A stretch of DNA of 64,000 nucleotides from Longimicrobiales bacterium (lineage in GTDB: Bacteria; Gemmatimonadota; Gemmatimonadetes; Longimicrobiales; RSA9): NCBI GenBank assembly GCA_046483065.1, contig JAWODW010000089.1, forward strand, positions 96,403-160,402, read 5' to 3'. Numbering within the stretch: position 1 is the first letter of the stretch; each line of letters opens with the position of its first letter. A program made the position numbers and the translations under genes. The notes beneath the pieces are model-generated. The model saw nothing but the letters and a program-made list of their open reading frames with translations, had not been told where the DNA came from and did no database searches. Positions 46,830 through 56,113 of the stretch are shown here, one piece after another.

Positions 46830-47911
46830 ATCACACCTCCGCGCAGGACCACTCCGAACACGCTCTCGCCTTCGAGGCTGCCCACCTGGGCCAGCGCCGC
46901 CGGCTCCAGCCGGAGCGACCCGACCCGATAGCTGGCGGCCGAGCCGACGCGGCTGATCCAGCCGCTCCCGGCGCCGAAGCCCGTCTCGCCGCTCTGGACC
47001 ATGAGCTCCGCCTTCGGTCGTAGCGTCAGCGCTCGGGTCAACGGGTAGCTCACGGATGCCCCCGTGCCGAGCAGGCTGCTCGACGGCGTGGGTTGGGGCG
47101 ATCCTCCCACCATCAGCTCGCTCTCCGATCGGTACAGGTTCCACGCGTAGACGCTGGCGGCGCCCCGGAGGAGCGGGAACTCGGCCACCGCCTCGGCCAT
47201 GAGGCGGTCGCCCCGTGCGAAGATCGCCTGGTTGTCCGTCTGGTCCTCGCCGAACCGGCTCCACGACCCCGCCAGACGGACCGTCACGCCCGACGTGCTC
47301 GGCCGCTCCAGCCCGAGCCGGAGCCGGAGCTCGGAGCCCGGCCGGAACTCGGCCGCCTCGGTCCCGGCCGTGGCCACCACCGGCTCGTAGGCCGATCCCA
47401 CCCGATAGACCATGACCCCGCCGGCCACCCAGTCGCCCACGGGCTGGGCCAGCGCGAACCCCGTGGTCACGCCCGCGCCGCTGCCGAAGCTCCGGACGGG
47501 CAGGGTCAGCAGGTCCGTGGTGATGACGCCCGCCACCGGGATCTCGTCGGCGCCCAGCGCGGCCGTGCCCGTGGGCACATTGCCCGCCACGATCAGCCGG
47601 CCGCGGCCGTCCATCATGGGGATCATGCCCCGGACCGTGACGTCCGTCAGCCCGGCCAGCTCGCTGGTCACGCCGCCGGCCTCGTAGCGGGCCGTAGCGT
47701 AGGCCGCGTTGGCATCGAACTGGACGCCGGCCGCCCGGAACGTGAGCCCGAAGGGCACCACCATCTCCGTAAGCGATGCGTCACCGATGGAGAGGGTATG
47801 GAGGCTGGCCTCGGCCACCGCCGTCTGGGCCCGGGCCGCCCCCGGCGCCATCCACGCCGCGAGCGTGAGCGCCGCCGCGACGATGGGCCCCGCCCGTTGT
47901 CGCATTCTCAT
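46817..47911 (-). CDS. Hypothetical exported (possibly outer-membrane barrel) protein
   Basis: Signal peptide ...LAAWMAPGAARAQ. Gly/Ala-rich sequence with alternating hydrophobicity. The ATG overlaps the upstream stop (ATGA). Confidence 0.6.
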   Translation of the reverse strand: MRMRQRAGPIVAAALTLAAWMAPGAARAQTAVAEASLHTLSIGDASLTEMVVPFGLTFRAAGVQFDANAAYATARYEAGGVTSELAGLTDVTVRGMIPMMDGRGRLIVAGNVPTGTAALGADEIPVAGVITTDLLTLPVRSFGSGAGVTTGFALAQPVGDWVAGGVMVYRVGSAYEPVVATAGTEAAEFRPGSELRLRLGLERPSTSGVTVRLAGSWSRFGEDQTDNQAIFARGDRLMAEAVAEFPLLRGAASVYAWNLYRSESELMVGGSPQPTPSSSLLGTGASVSYPLTRALTLRPKAELMVQSGETGFGAGSGWISRVGSAASYRVGSLRLEPAALAQVGSLEGESVFGVVLRGGVMWQR

Positions 47912-49272
47912 GGCACCCTCCAGAGCAGGATGAACGGCCGCGGTCGGGTCAGGACGATGGGGATCCGGACGACCTTGCCGACCCCGGTCCCCGCCGTGGT
48001 CTCGGTCGTCTCCACGGTGGTCGACCGGGTGGCGGTGCTGGCCGCGGTGGCACCGGTCTCCGTGGCCGTGGCCCCCGCCGGGACCGTGGCGTTCACGAGC
48101 TGATCGATCGGCGACCCGCGGGTCTCCGGCGCCACTGGCTCGCTCCCGCCCGGACCGATGGCGGAGGCCAGCTCCGTGGTGGCCTCCTGTGAGACCTGCG
48201 ATGTCTGCGTGGCCCCCGCCCGCCGGGACTGACCGGCCGCCTCCCGGGCCGCGTTGAAGCCCGGGTCGAGCGACGCGGCGTTCTCGAAGCGTGCGGCCGC
48301 CGCGTTGTACCGGCCGGCGTCCAGGAGCTGGAGCCCCTCGCTGTAGGCCAGGAACGCCTGGAGGTTGCGCGTCGGCTTGTCCTCCAGCCGGGCCACCTCG
48401 GCGTCGGTGAGCTCGATCCCGAGCTGGCGATAGATCTGGAGCGCGAGCTGCACCTCCAGCTCCATGAGCTGGTCGAGCACGCCGGACTCCGACGCTTCGC
48501 CGGCCGGCTCCGCCGCCTCGGCGTCCATGACCAGCGCCGTGACCTGCGTCGCATCCCCTGCGTCATCGATGGCGATCTGCCCCTGGACCAGACGGCCGGC
48601 CTGGAGCAGACGACCCACCCGCGACGCCGACTCGGTGTCGGTATAGCCGCCGAGCGCCAGCTCCATCTCGTCCACCAGCGCCGAGAGCTGGGCCCGCTCC
48701 AGCACGTTCAAGCGGTCCGTGAGGCTCAGGTCCGTGGTCAACAGCTCCGCCAGCCCCACGCCCAGCGGCTGGTATCGCTCCGGGGCGTCCACCGTCAGCG
48801 GCATCACGGCCACCGTGGTCGGGTCCAGCGCCCCGATCAGCGCCGATTCCCGGGCCAGCGCGTCCCGGGCCCGGCGCTCCAGCAGCTGCTGCCTCACCAC
48901 CGTGAGCCGTGCCTTCACCGATTCGGCGGCCTCCTCGCCCCCCTCCGCCAGGTAGCTGCGGTACGCCACCGCGGCGCCCTCGATATCGCCGGCCTCCTCC
49001 CGCCACGTGCCCAGGTGCGCCCACGCCGCCGCCGGCGTGCCGGGCAGCGCCACCGCCCGCTCCAGCGCCTTCCGGGCCTCGTACGGCTGGTCCGCAGCGC
49101 CGTACGCCACACCCAGCCGGGCCCACGCGGCCGCGTTGTTGGCGTCGTCGGAGACCACACGCTCGAGCTCCGGGATTTCGTCCGGCGAAACGGTGCCCAG
49201 ACCCATTCCGGCCGAGCACCCGCTCAGTGCCAGAGATACGCCGAGTATGAAGATGATCGCGCGGCTCGACAT
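47908..49272 (-). CDS. TPR / CsgG-LpoB-like / TPR lipoprotein
   Basis: The ATG at 49272 follows a GAGG RBS. Lipobox LALSGC. TPR segments at both ends. Central domain TVAVMPLTV...LNVLERAQLSALVDEMELALGG...VGRLLQAGRLVQGQI. Confidence 0.72.
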   Translation of the reverse strand: MSSRAIIFILGVSLALSGCSAGMGLGTVSPDEIPELERVVSDDANNAAAWARLGVAYGAADQPYEARKALERAVALPGTPAAAWAHLGTWREEAGDIEGAAVAYRSYLAEGGEEAAESVKARLTVVRQQLLERRARDALARESALIGALDPTTVAVMPLTVDAPERYQPLGVGLAELLTTDLSLTDRLNVLERAQLSALVDEMELALGGYTDTESASRVGRLLQAGRLVQGQIAIDDAGDATQVTALVMDAEAAEPAGEASESGVLDQLMELEVQLALQIYRQLGIELTDAEVARLEDKPTRNLQAFLAYSEGLQLLDAGRYNAAAARFENAASLDPGFNAAREAAGQSRRAGATQTSQVSQEATTELASAIGPGGSEPVAPETRGSPIDQLVNATVPAGATATETGATAASTATRSTTVETTETTAGTGVGKVVRIPIVLTRPRPFILLWRVP

Positions 49273-49390
49273 CGCTGCCTCGTGGTGCGCAGGGAGAGAC
49301 GGGGAGAGACGGAAAGATACGGGCAGGTTGTTGCGGCCGTCAACGAAGTGCGCGGCGCCCAACGCCGCGACCCCAGCCCCGCCCGGAACC

Positions 49391-50758
49391 TCAGCCTCGC
49401 TCGACCACCATGGCGAAGCCCAGCGCCCCCGCCGCGCACACGCTGATCAGCCCGAACCGCGCGTCGCGGCGCTTCATCTCGTTCAGCAGTGTGGTGGTGA
49501 CCCGGCCGCCGGTGGCGCCGAAGGGGTGGCCGATGGCGATGCTGCCGCCCATGACGTTGATCTTCTCCTCGGGCAGGATCCCGACCTTCTTCGACCGTCC
49601 GAGCCGCTCCCGCGCGAACTCGTCGGAATCGAGCCATTGGAGGTTGGAGAGCACCTGGGCGGCGAAGGCCTCGTGCATCTCCCAGAGGTCGATGTCGTCC
49701 ATGGTGAGCCCGGCCCGGTCCAGCGCCTGCGGCACCGCGAACGCCGGGCCCTGGAGCAGCTGCTCGGCGGGGTCCAGCGCGGCGTACGCCCAGCTCCGGA
49801 TGTAGCCCAGCGGCTCCCGGCCCTCGGCCTTCGCCCGCTCCTCGCTCATGAGGAGCACCGCCGAGGCGCCGTCCGTCAGCGGCGACGAGTTGCCCGCCGT
49901 CACGCTCCCGTACTTCCGGTCGAAAACCGGCCGCAGCCCGGCCAGCTTCTCCAGCGACGTGTCGTACCGGATGCCGTCGTCCCGGTCGACCACGTCGTCG
50001 TAGTCCGGGGGCAGGTAGACGGGCGTGATCTCGGCGGTGAGGCGGCCGTCTTCCGTGCCCTTCGCGGCCAGGTCGTGGCTCCGGAACGCCCACCGGTCCT
50101 GCTCATCCCGGCTGATGTCGTTCAGCTTCGCCATCTTCTCGCCGCCCTCGCCCATGGTCTCGCCCGTGCTGTACTCGGCGATGGCCGGCGGCTGCGGCGC
50201 CAGCTCACTCGGACGGATCCCCTTGAACGCCGCCAGCGTCTGGCCGATGGACTTGGCCTTCGACGCCGCCACCAGGCGGTCCCGCAGCCTGTCGGTCACC
50301 ATGATCGGGATGTCCGTCAGCGACTCGGCGCCGCCGGCCACCACCACGTCGCCCTGGCCCAGCGCGATCTTCTCCGCGCCCGACGTGATGGCCTGGTTCG
50401 AGCTGGCGCACGCACGGCTGACCGTGAACGCCGGCACACTCGCCGGGATGCCCGCCTCGAGCGCCACCTCGCGGGCGATGTTCGGCGCCTTCACCGAGTG
50501 GACCACCGTGCCGTAGATGACCTCGTCCAGCTCGCCGCCCTTCAGCTCCGCGCGGTTCAGGAGCTCGCGCACGGCTACTGTGCCCAGGTCGATGGCCGTG
50601 AGCCCCCTGAACACGCCGTTCGCGTTCACGAAAGGCGTCCGGACCCCTTCCATGATGGCGACCCGGCGCCCGACGCGACCGGCGGACTCCACGCCCCCGC
50701 CGCCCTCCGTTCGCTGCGTCTCGTCCCGGGGCCTGGCCCCCGTATCGTGCTCCGTCAT
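49391..50758 (-). CDS. Acetyl-CoA C-acyltransferase (thiolase)
   Basis: Motifs VSRACASSNQA (active Cys), GGSIAIGHPFGATGGR and SVCAAGALG. The true start may lie about 30 codons downstream, near RRVAIMEGVRTPF. Confidence 0.88.
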   Translation of the reverse strand: MTEHDTGARPRDETQRTEGGGGVESAGRVGRRVAIMEGVRTPFVNANGVFRGLTAIDLGTVAVRELLNRAELKGGELDEVIYGTVVHSVKAPNIAREVALEAGIPASVPAFTVSRACASSNQAITSGAEKIALGQGDVVVAGGAESLTDIPIMVTDRLRDRLVAASKAKSIGQTLAAFKGIRPSELAPQPPAIAEYSTGETMGEGGEKMAKLNDISRDEQDRWAFRSHDLAAKGTEDGRLTAEITPVYLPPDYDDVVDRDDGIRYDTSLEKLAGLRPVFDRKYGSVTAGNSSPLTDGASAVLLMSEERAKAEGREPLGYIRSWAYAALDPAEQLLQGPAFAVPQALDRAGLTMDDIDLWEMHEAFAAQVLSNLQWLDSDEFARERLGRSKKVGILPEEKINVMGGSIAIGHPFGATGGRVTTTLLNEMKRRDARFGLISVCAAGALGFAMVVERG

Positions 50759-50932
50759 CCTCGCCTCCGTGTGCGCTGCTCACCCTGCGCGTCAGGCAAT
50801 TCCCACACCACAGTCAAGCTGCCGTTGGGGTCTCCCGCCTGCAAGGACGCGCCGTTGACCCTCACCCCGGGGGTACGTAACGTGCCCGTCACGAGCCACC
50901 GTCGACTCACCCCCGTTCCCAGGACCGAACCC

Positions 50933-52255
50933 GTGACGGGTACCCAGACGTTCCAGATCCGGCCCGCGGAGCCCGATGACGTCCTCGCCATCGCCCGGCT
51001 CTGGGACGAGGCGTTCCCCGGCACGCACACCATCGAGCAGCGGGTCCGCATGATGGAGACCGGTGGCCGCTACGGCGGGATCGAGACCGTCCGCGTGGTC
51101 ACCGAGCCCGACCACGGTATCGTGGGCGCCGCCAAGCTCTACCGCATGACCGGGCACATCGCGGGAACGCCCATGCCCATGATGGGGCTCGCCGCCGTGG
51201 CCGTGACCCCATCCAGGCGACGACGGGGGCTGGCCGCCCGCCTCTGCACCCGGGCCGTCCGGGCCGCTGCAGAGCGCGGCGACGTCATCAGCGTCCTCTA
51301 CCCCTTCCGCCCCGACTACTACGAGCGCCTCGGCTGGGGACTCGTGGGCGCGCTCCAGGAGTACCGGTTCCACACCGGGGCGCTGGACATCGAACACGCC
51401 GGAGCCGCGGCCCGCGTCCGCGCCGCCGACCTCGAGCACGACGCCGACGCCATCGCCGCCTGCTACGCACGCGTAGCCGCCCGCTCCAACGGCCCCATCG
51501 AGCGCGACCGCCGGGTCTGGGCGTACCGGCTCACCGGCCTGGACCTGGGCGTGGTGCCCGTGGACGCCGAGGCCATCTGGACCGCACGCGCCGACCCGGA
51601 GATCCGGCCCGTGGTCTACGACGACGACGGCGCCATCACCGGCTACGCGCTGCTACGATACGTCCGGAAGGGCTCCCCCGAGGAGCACACACTCGAGGTC
51701 CGGGAGCTCATCGCCGGGGACGAGGCTGCCTACCGCGGACTGCTCGCCCATATCGGCGGCCAGGCCGACCGGTGGCCCCGGTGCACCCACTACGCCCGCC
51801 CCGACGAACGCTTCGGCGATTTCCTCACCGACCCGCGCCCGCCCGGGTTCCGCGACGCACGGTCGCTCTACTTCCCGACCGCCCGCATCGTCCGGGGCCC
51901 CATGCTCCGGGTACTCGACGTCCCCGGCTCGCTCCGCGCCCGCCGCTTCTTCGACGCCGGTGGCGACGAGCCCGCAACCATCGAGCTGGCGGTGCAGGAC
52001 CCCCAGCGCCCCGCCAACGCCGGGCCGTGGACCGTCCGCCTGGAGCACGGGGGCGCCGAGGTGGAGGCGGGCGAGCCGTCGTCGCCCGACGCCGTCCTCG
52101 AGACCGACGCCGCCACGTTCGGCCGTATCTTTGCCGGCGAGATCCCGGCCACGGTGGCCGCCGCCCAGCGCCGTGCACTGGTGGACGGCGACGCCGCGGT
52201 CCTCGACCGGGCGTTCGCCACGCGCCAGCGGTTCTGGCTGCTGGACGAGTTTTAG
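50933..52255 (+). CDS. Eis-like GNAT acetyltransferase with C-terminal SCP2-like domain
   Basis: FQIRPAEPDD...LAAVAVTPSRRRRGLA (GNAT motif A). Length and tail fit the Eis architecture. GTG 50933 is proposed. The upstream track ORF is antisense to the thiolase gene. Confidence 0.72.
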   Translation: MTGTQTFQIRPAEPDDVLAIARLWDEAFPGTHTIEQRVRMMETGGRYGGIETVRVVTEPDHGIVGAAKLYRMTGHIAGTPMPMMGLAAVAVTPSRRRRGLAARLCTRAVRAAAERGDVISVLYPFRPDYYERLGWGLVGALQEYRFHTGALDIEHAGAAARVRAADLEHDADAIAACYARVAARSNGPIERDRRVWAYRLTGLDLGVVPVDAEAIWTARADPEIRPVVYDDDGAITGYALLRYVRKGSPEEHTLEVRELIAGDEAAYRGLLAHIGGQADRWPRCTHYARPDERFGDFLTDPRPPGFRDARSLYFPTARIVRGPMLRVLDVPGSLRARRFFDAGGDEPATIELAVQDPQRPANAGPWTVRLEHGGAEVEAGEPSSPDAVLETDAATFGRIFAGEIPATVAAAQRRALVDGDAAVLDRAFATRQRFWLLDEF

Positions 52256-52294
52256 GCGCGGAGGCGCGGAGGGGGCGCGGAGGCGCGGAGGGTG
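52255..52294 (+). repeat. (GGCGCGGA)4 short tandem array abutting the stop codon
   Basis: CGCGGAG occurs at 52257, 52265, 52276 and 52284 (spacing 8/11/8). A near-identical array lies after the sufS stop at 57263-57297. Confidence 0.9.
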
Positions 52295-52665
52295 CCCGGC
52301 GGCTCGAGGGCGCCGGGCTCGGCAGCGTTCCCGGCGCGAGGGGTTCGCGCGGAAGCGCGGAACGAGCGGATGACGCGGAAGGTTCGCGGCGAGGCCCGAA
52401 TCCCGGCGGGAGCCTGGCTCCAACTCTTCCGTGTTGGGGGTTTGCCGGTGAGTCAGCGGGTTTCGCGATGGAGCTTCCTTGGATCCGCGTGAATTCCGTG
52501 TTTCCGCGTTTACCCCCGCGCCATTCAGGCGGTCGAGGGAGTGGGCGGTGGCCTTGCCATGTCGACGGCGGACAACGACCCTACAGAACACGCTCCACCT
52601 GTACCAGGAACCCCCACCGAGCGATCGCGGCACCGGGCTGACGATGACCTGCACCGCCTGATGAC

Positions 52666-54096
52666 ATGAACCGTTTCCGCCTGCTGTCCGCTACCGGAAT
52701 CGTCCTTTTCGCCACGCTGCCATCCACCGCGTGCGACACCGCTTCCGGCCCCGCCGTGGTCACCGCCACCGTCCTGGATGATGGCACGCCCGTGCCCGGC
52801 GCCACGGTCGAGCTCCGGCTCCTGAACGACAGCTCGGCCACGGCCGTCACCGACTCGGCGGGCCGGGTGCGCCTGGATCTGGCGGGCGCCGAGGGGCCGG
52901 GGATGGTCGAGGTCGCCCGGGACACGGCGCAGCCGCGGCCGCAGCGAGTGTACGCGCCGGTGCTCATCGCGCCGGGCGAGAGCGCCGACATGGTGCTGGA
53001 GGAGGGCGCCGGGTACGGGCATTACGCCCGGTACGCCGGCGTCGGGCGGATGGGGCGATGGGGGCGGGCGGTTCAGGCGCTGGACGCCGTCGAGCACCAC
53101 CACGCGGCCGCGATGCGCGAACAGGCCGCCGCCGGGCGCCGGGGCGAGCCGGTCGACTTCCGTGGCGCCGTGGACTCCGTCCGCGCGTGGCTCGACGGCG
53201 AACGCGACCCGGAGGTTCGGAGCGCCCTCTGGACGGCGCTCGTGTCCGCCGGGCTCCGTGGCGATTCGATCAGCGAGGCGGAGGCCGATCGCGCGTTGAC
53301 CGAGATCGAGGCGGATGCCGCGATATGGAGGTGGCGGCCGTCGACCGTTGCGTCTGCGATCCGGTACGCCGCCACGGTAGCCGAGGGCGTACCCCGGCAG
53401 CCGCGTCGCGCCGACGGCCAGGATGAGGCGGGCCGCCGGGCGCTGGCGGATCGTCGGGCCGCCACGTATCTCGACCGGGTCATCGAGGCCCAGGATGACA
53501 CCCTCGTCCAGCCGGTGGTCCTGCTGAACGCCATGCGCCTGGCGGACCGCGCCGGTCGCACCGAGGCCGCCGTCGCCTACTACGACCGGCTCCAAGCGGA
53601 CCACCCCGAGTCCTGGCCCGCGGAGCTGGCCCGAAGGGACGAGCCGGGGACCGGGCTCGATGTGGGCCGCCCCGTCCCCGACGTCCCGCTCCCGGCCCTC
53701 GACTCCACCGCCCCGCCCATCGCCCCCGCCGAGCTGGCCGGCCCCGCCACGCTGGTGGACTTCTGGGCCGCGTGGTGCACCCCGTGCGTGGCCGAGATGC
53801 CCGTGATCCACGACGCGTACGAGCGGTTCGCTGACCGGGGCTTCGACGTGGTCAGCATCTCCTACGACGCCTCCCGCGACGACGTCGCCCGGTTCCGGGA
53901 GCGCTACCCCATGCCCTGGCGCCACTCGTTCGTGGGCGCCGAGGCGCTCTCCGACGGCGAGGTGGCTGCGGCGTGGGGCGTGAACGGGCTCCCGTCCGCG
54001 TTCCTCGTCGGCCCCGACGGGACGATCATCGCCCTGGAGGGTGAGCTCCGGGGCGAGGCGCTGATGCAGACGCTGGAGCGGGTGCTCGGGGATTGA
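52666..54096 (+). CDS. Lipoprotein with CarboxypepD_reg-like domain, helical middle region and C-terminal TlpA-like thioredoxin domain
   Basis: Lipobox LPSTAC. Segment ATVLDDGTPVPGATVELRL...DSAGRVRL. FWAAWCTPC motif. Confidence 0.78.
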   Translation: MNRFRLLSATGIVLFATLPSTACDTASGPAVVTATVLDDGTPVPGATVELRLLNDSSATAVTDSAGRVRLDLAGAEGPGMVEVARDTAQPRPQRVYAPVLIAPGESADMVLEEGAGYGHYARYAGVGRMGRWGRAVQALDAVEHHHAAAMREQAAAGRRGEPVDFRGAVDSVRAWLDGERDPEVRSALWTALVSAGLRGDSISEAEADRALTEIEADAAIWRWRPSTVASAIRYAATVAEGVPRQPRRADGQDEAGRRALADRRAATYLDRVIEAQDDTLVQPVVLLNAMRLADRAGRTEAAVAYYDRLQADHPESWPAELARRDEPGTGLDVGRPVPDVPLPALDSTAPPIAPAELAGPATLVDFWAAWCTPCVAEMPVIHDAYERFADRGFDVVSISYDASRDDVARFRERYPMPWRHSFVGAEALSDGEVAAAWGVNGLPSAFLVGPDGTIIALEGELRGEALMQTLERVLGD

Positions 54097-54145
54097 GCCG
54101 CCCAGATTCCGCGTTTCCGCGTTGAACCCGAGCGTAAAGAGACTC

Positions 54146-55324
54146 ATGACTCGCAGACACAGCACGCCCTTCAGCATCCTCATCGCCTTCCTCGCGGCCG
54201 CATGCGGCGGCGACGCCGACGCCGGCTGGGCCGGCGCCATCGACACGCTGGAATCCGGCGTGGTGGTTGTGACGAACTCGCCGGAGGGCCTCTGGGCGCC
54301 CGGCGAGGCGTGGACGGTGACCGAGGAGCTGCGGATCGGGTCCGCCATGGCCGAGGGCGCCGAGCTCTTCGGGCAGGTGGCGGGCATCGTGGTGGACGAG
54401 GCCGGCCGGATCCACGTCCTCGATCGGCAGGCCAGGGAGGTCCGGACCTTCGACTCCGCCGGGGCCCACGTCCGGACGTTCGCCCGGGAGGGCGCCGGCC
54501 CCGGCGAGCTCCGCAACCCGCTGGGGATGACGCTGGGTCCCGACGGCCGGATCTGGGTGGCCGACCCACAGAACGCGCGTTACGCCGTGTTCACCACCGA
54601 CGGTGAGTACGTCACCGCCCATGTCCGGAAGCTGGCCGGTAGCGCGTCACCGTGGAACGGTGGCTTCGGGCCGGAGGGTAGACTCCACGAGAAGATCCCC
54701 ACGCCGAGCTTCACGGCCGTGGTGCGAATGGACAGCGCCCTCGAGCCGGTGGACACCGTCCCGTTCCCCGACTACGACGAGCCGCGGCTCGAGATCAACA
54801 ACGAGCAGATGCGGCTTCGGGCGAGCGTCCCGTTCGCAACCCGGCAGGACGAAACCTGGGACCCTCGCGGCTACCTGTGGACCGGCGTGACCGGGGCGTA
54901 CACACTCACGCAGATGGACATGGCGGCCGACACGCTTCGGGTAATCCACGGCCCGCCCGTGGAGCCGGTCCCCGTGACCGCCGAAGAGCGTCAGGACCGG
55001 CTCGACGGCCTCGACTGGTTCCGTCGCCAGGGCGGGAGGGTGGACCCGTCGGCGATCCCGTCGCACAAGCCGCCCATGGGCGGCTTCGAGGTGTCCGATG
55101 ATGGCCACCTCTGGATCCTCCTCACTCCCGACCCCCAGCGCGAGGGCGTCCGCTACCACGTCTTCGAGCCCGCCGGTCGGTTCCTGGGCGAGATGCCCGC
55201 CGGGCGGCCACTGGGCCTCTTCAACGTCTTCCGCGGCAATCGGATCTACGGCGTGGTCAGCGACTCGCTGGGCGTGCAGTACGTGGTGCGGTGGAGGGTG
55301 GACCGGGGCGGCGACGACGGCTGA
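54146..55324 (+). CDS. Beta-propeller (NHL/6-bladed-like) lipoprotein
   Basis: Lipobox IAFLAAAC. Contains GAGPGELRNPLGMTLGPDGRIWVADPQN and further blade-like repeats. ATG 54146 is preferred over TTG 54122. Confidence 0.68.
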   Translation: MTRRHSTPFSILIAFLAAACGGDADAGWAGAIDTLESGVVVVTNSPEGLWAPGEAWTVTEELRIGSAMAEGAELFGQVAGIVVDEAGRIHVLDRQAREVRTFDSAGAHVRTFAREGAGPGELRNPLGMTLGPDGRIWVADPQNARYAVFTTDGEYVTAHVRKLAGSASPWNGGFGPEGRLHEKIPTPSFTAVVRMDSALEPVDTVPFPDYDEPRLEINNEQMRLRASVPFATRQDETWDPRGYLWTGVTGAYTLTQMDMAADTLRVIHGPPVEPVPVTAEERQDRLDGLDWFRRQGGRVDPSAIPSHKPPMGGFEVSDDGHLWILLTPDPQREGVRYHVFEPAGRFLGEMPAGRPLGLFNVFRGNRIYGVVSDSLGVQYVVRWRVDRGGDDG

Positions 55325-55642
55325 CCGAACACGGCTGCCCCGCTGCCGCGGAACGGTCCCCGGCGCGGAGCCCTCACCGGCGGACCAGTGCATCCCGTGC
55401 GCTGACCGCGGCGGGATAAGTCCCCACGGATCGCTCCTGGGACGGATGTGTGGGAGGTTGTCCCGCAGGTGCCCGAGGGCCGAGTCGCTCGGATCTCGCC
55501 CGGAGCCGCAAACCTGACGAGCCAGGAGGCCATCCGCCCGCGAAGAATCTCCTGCGCTTCCGCGAAATCTCCCGCGGTTCCGCGTTGCCATTGCCGCGAA
55601 TCCCACCCATCCGGCGGGCCGGCTCACCCCACGAACCCGGCC

Positions 55643-56113
55643 CTACCCCTCGTCGCCAGCCAGCTCCGACGTGCAGTGCGGGCACCGCGTCGCCTCGATC
55701 GGCACCAGCATCAGGCAGTAGGGGCACTTCTCCTCGGTGGGCGGCGGCGGTGGCCCCTCCTCTGTCCGGCGGATCGAGTTGATGCCCCGGACCAGCATGA
55801 AGACCGCCGCGGCGATGATCAGGAACGTGGCGACCGAGTTCAGGAAGAGGCCGTAGTTCAGCGTCACCGCGCCCGCGTCCTGCGCCGTCTGGAGCGTAGC
55901 GTACGGCGGCGCGGTGGCCCCGTCCTTCAGCACGATGAAGAGGTCCCCGAAGGCGGCGTTCCCCAGCAGCAGTCCCACCACCGGCATGATCACGTCGTTC
56001 ACCAGCGACCGGGCGATGGCCCCGAACGCCGCGCCCACGGCGATTCCCACCGCCATGTCGATGACGCTCCCCCGCGCGATGAACTCCCGGAACTCGTCGA
56101 AGATCGATTTCAT
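55643..56113 (-). CDS. mscL: Large-conductance mechanosensitive channel with C-terminal zinc-ribbon extension
   Basis: MKSIFDEFREFIARGSVIDMAVGIAVGAAFG...DVIMP is the canonical MscL N-terminus and TM1. The tail carries CPYC...CPHC. Confidence 0.9.
   Translation of the reverse strand: MKSIFDEFREFIARGSVIDMAVGIAVGAAFGAIARSLVNDVIMPVVGLLLGNAAFGDLFIVLKDGATAPPYATLQTAQDAGAVTLNYGLFLNSVATFLIIAAAVFMLVRGINSIRRTEEGPPPPPTEEKCPYCLMLVPIEATRCPHCTSELAGDEG

Noticed and set aside
49007-50932. First ~640 codons of the 1082-aa plus-strand ORF
   Set aside because: Antisense to the thiolase and TPR-lipoprotein genes. Only the last 440 codons (from GTG 50933) have GNAT/Eis-like sequence.
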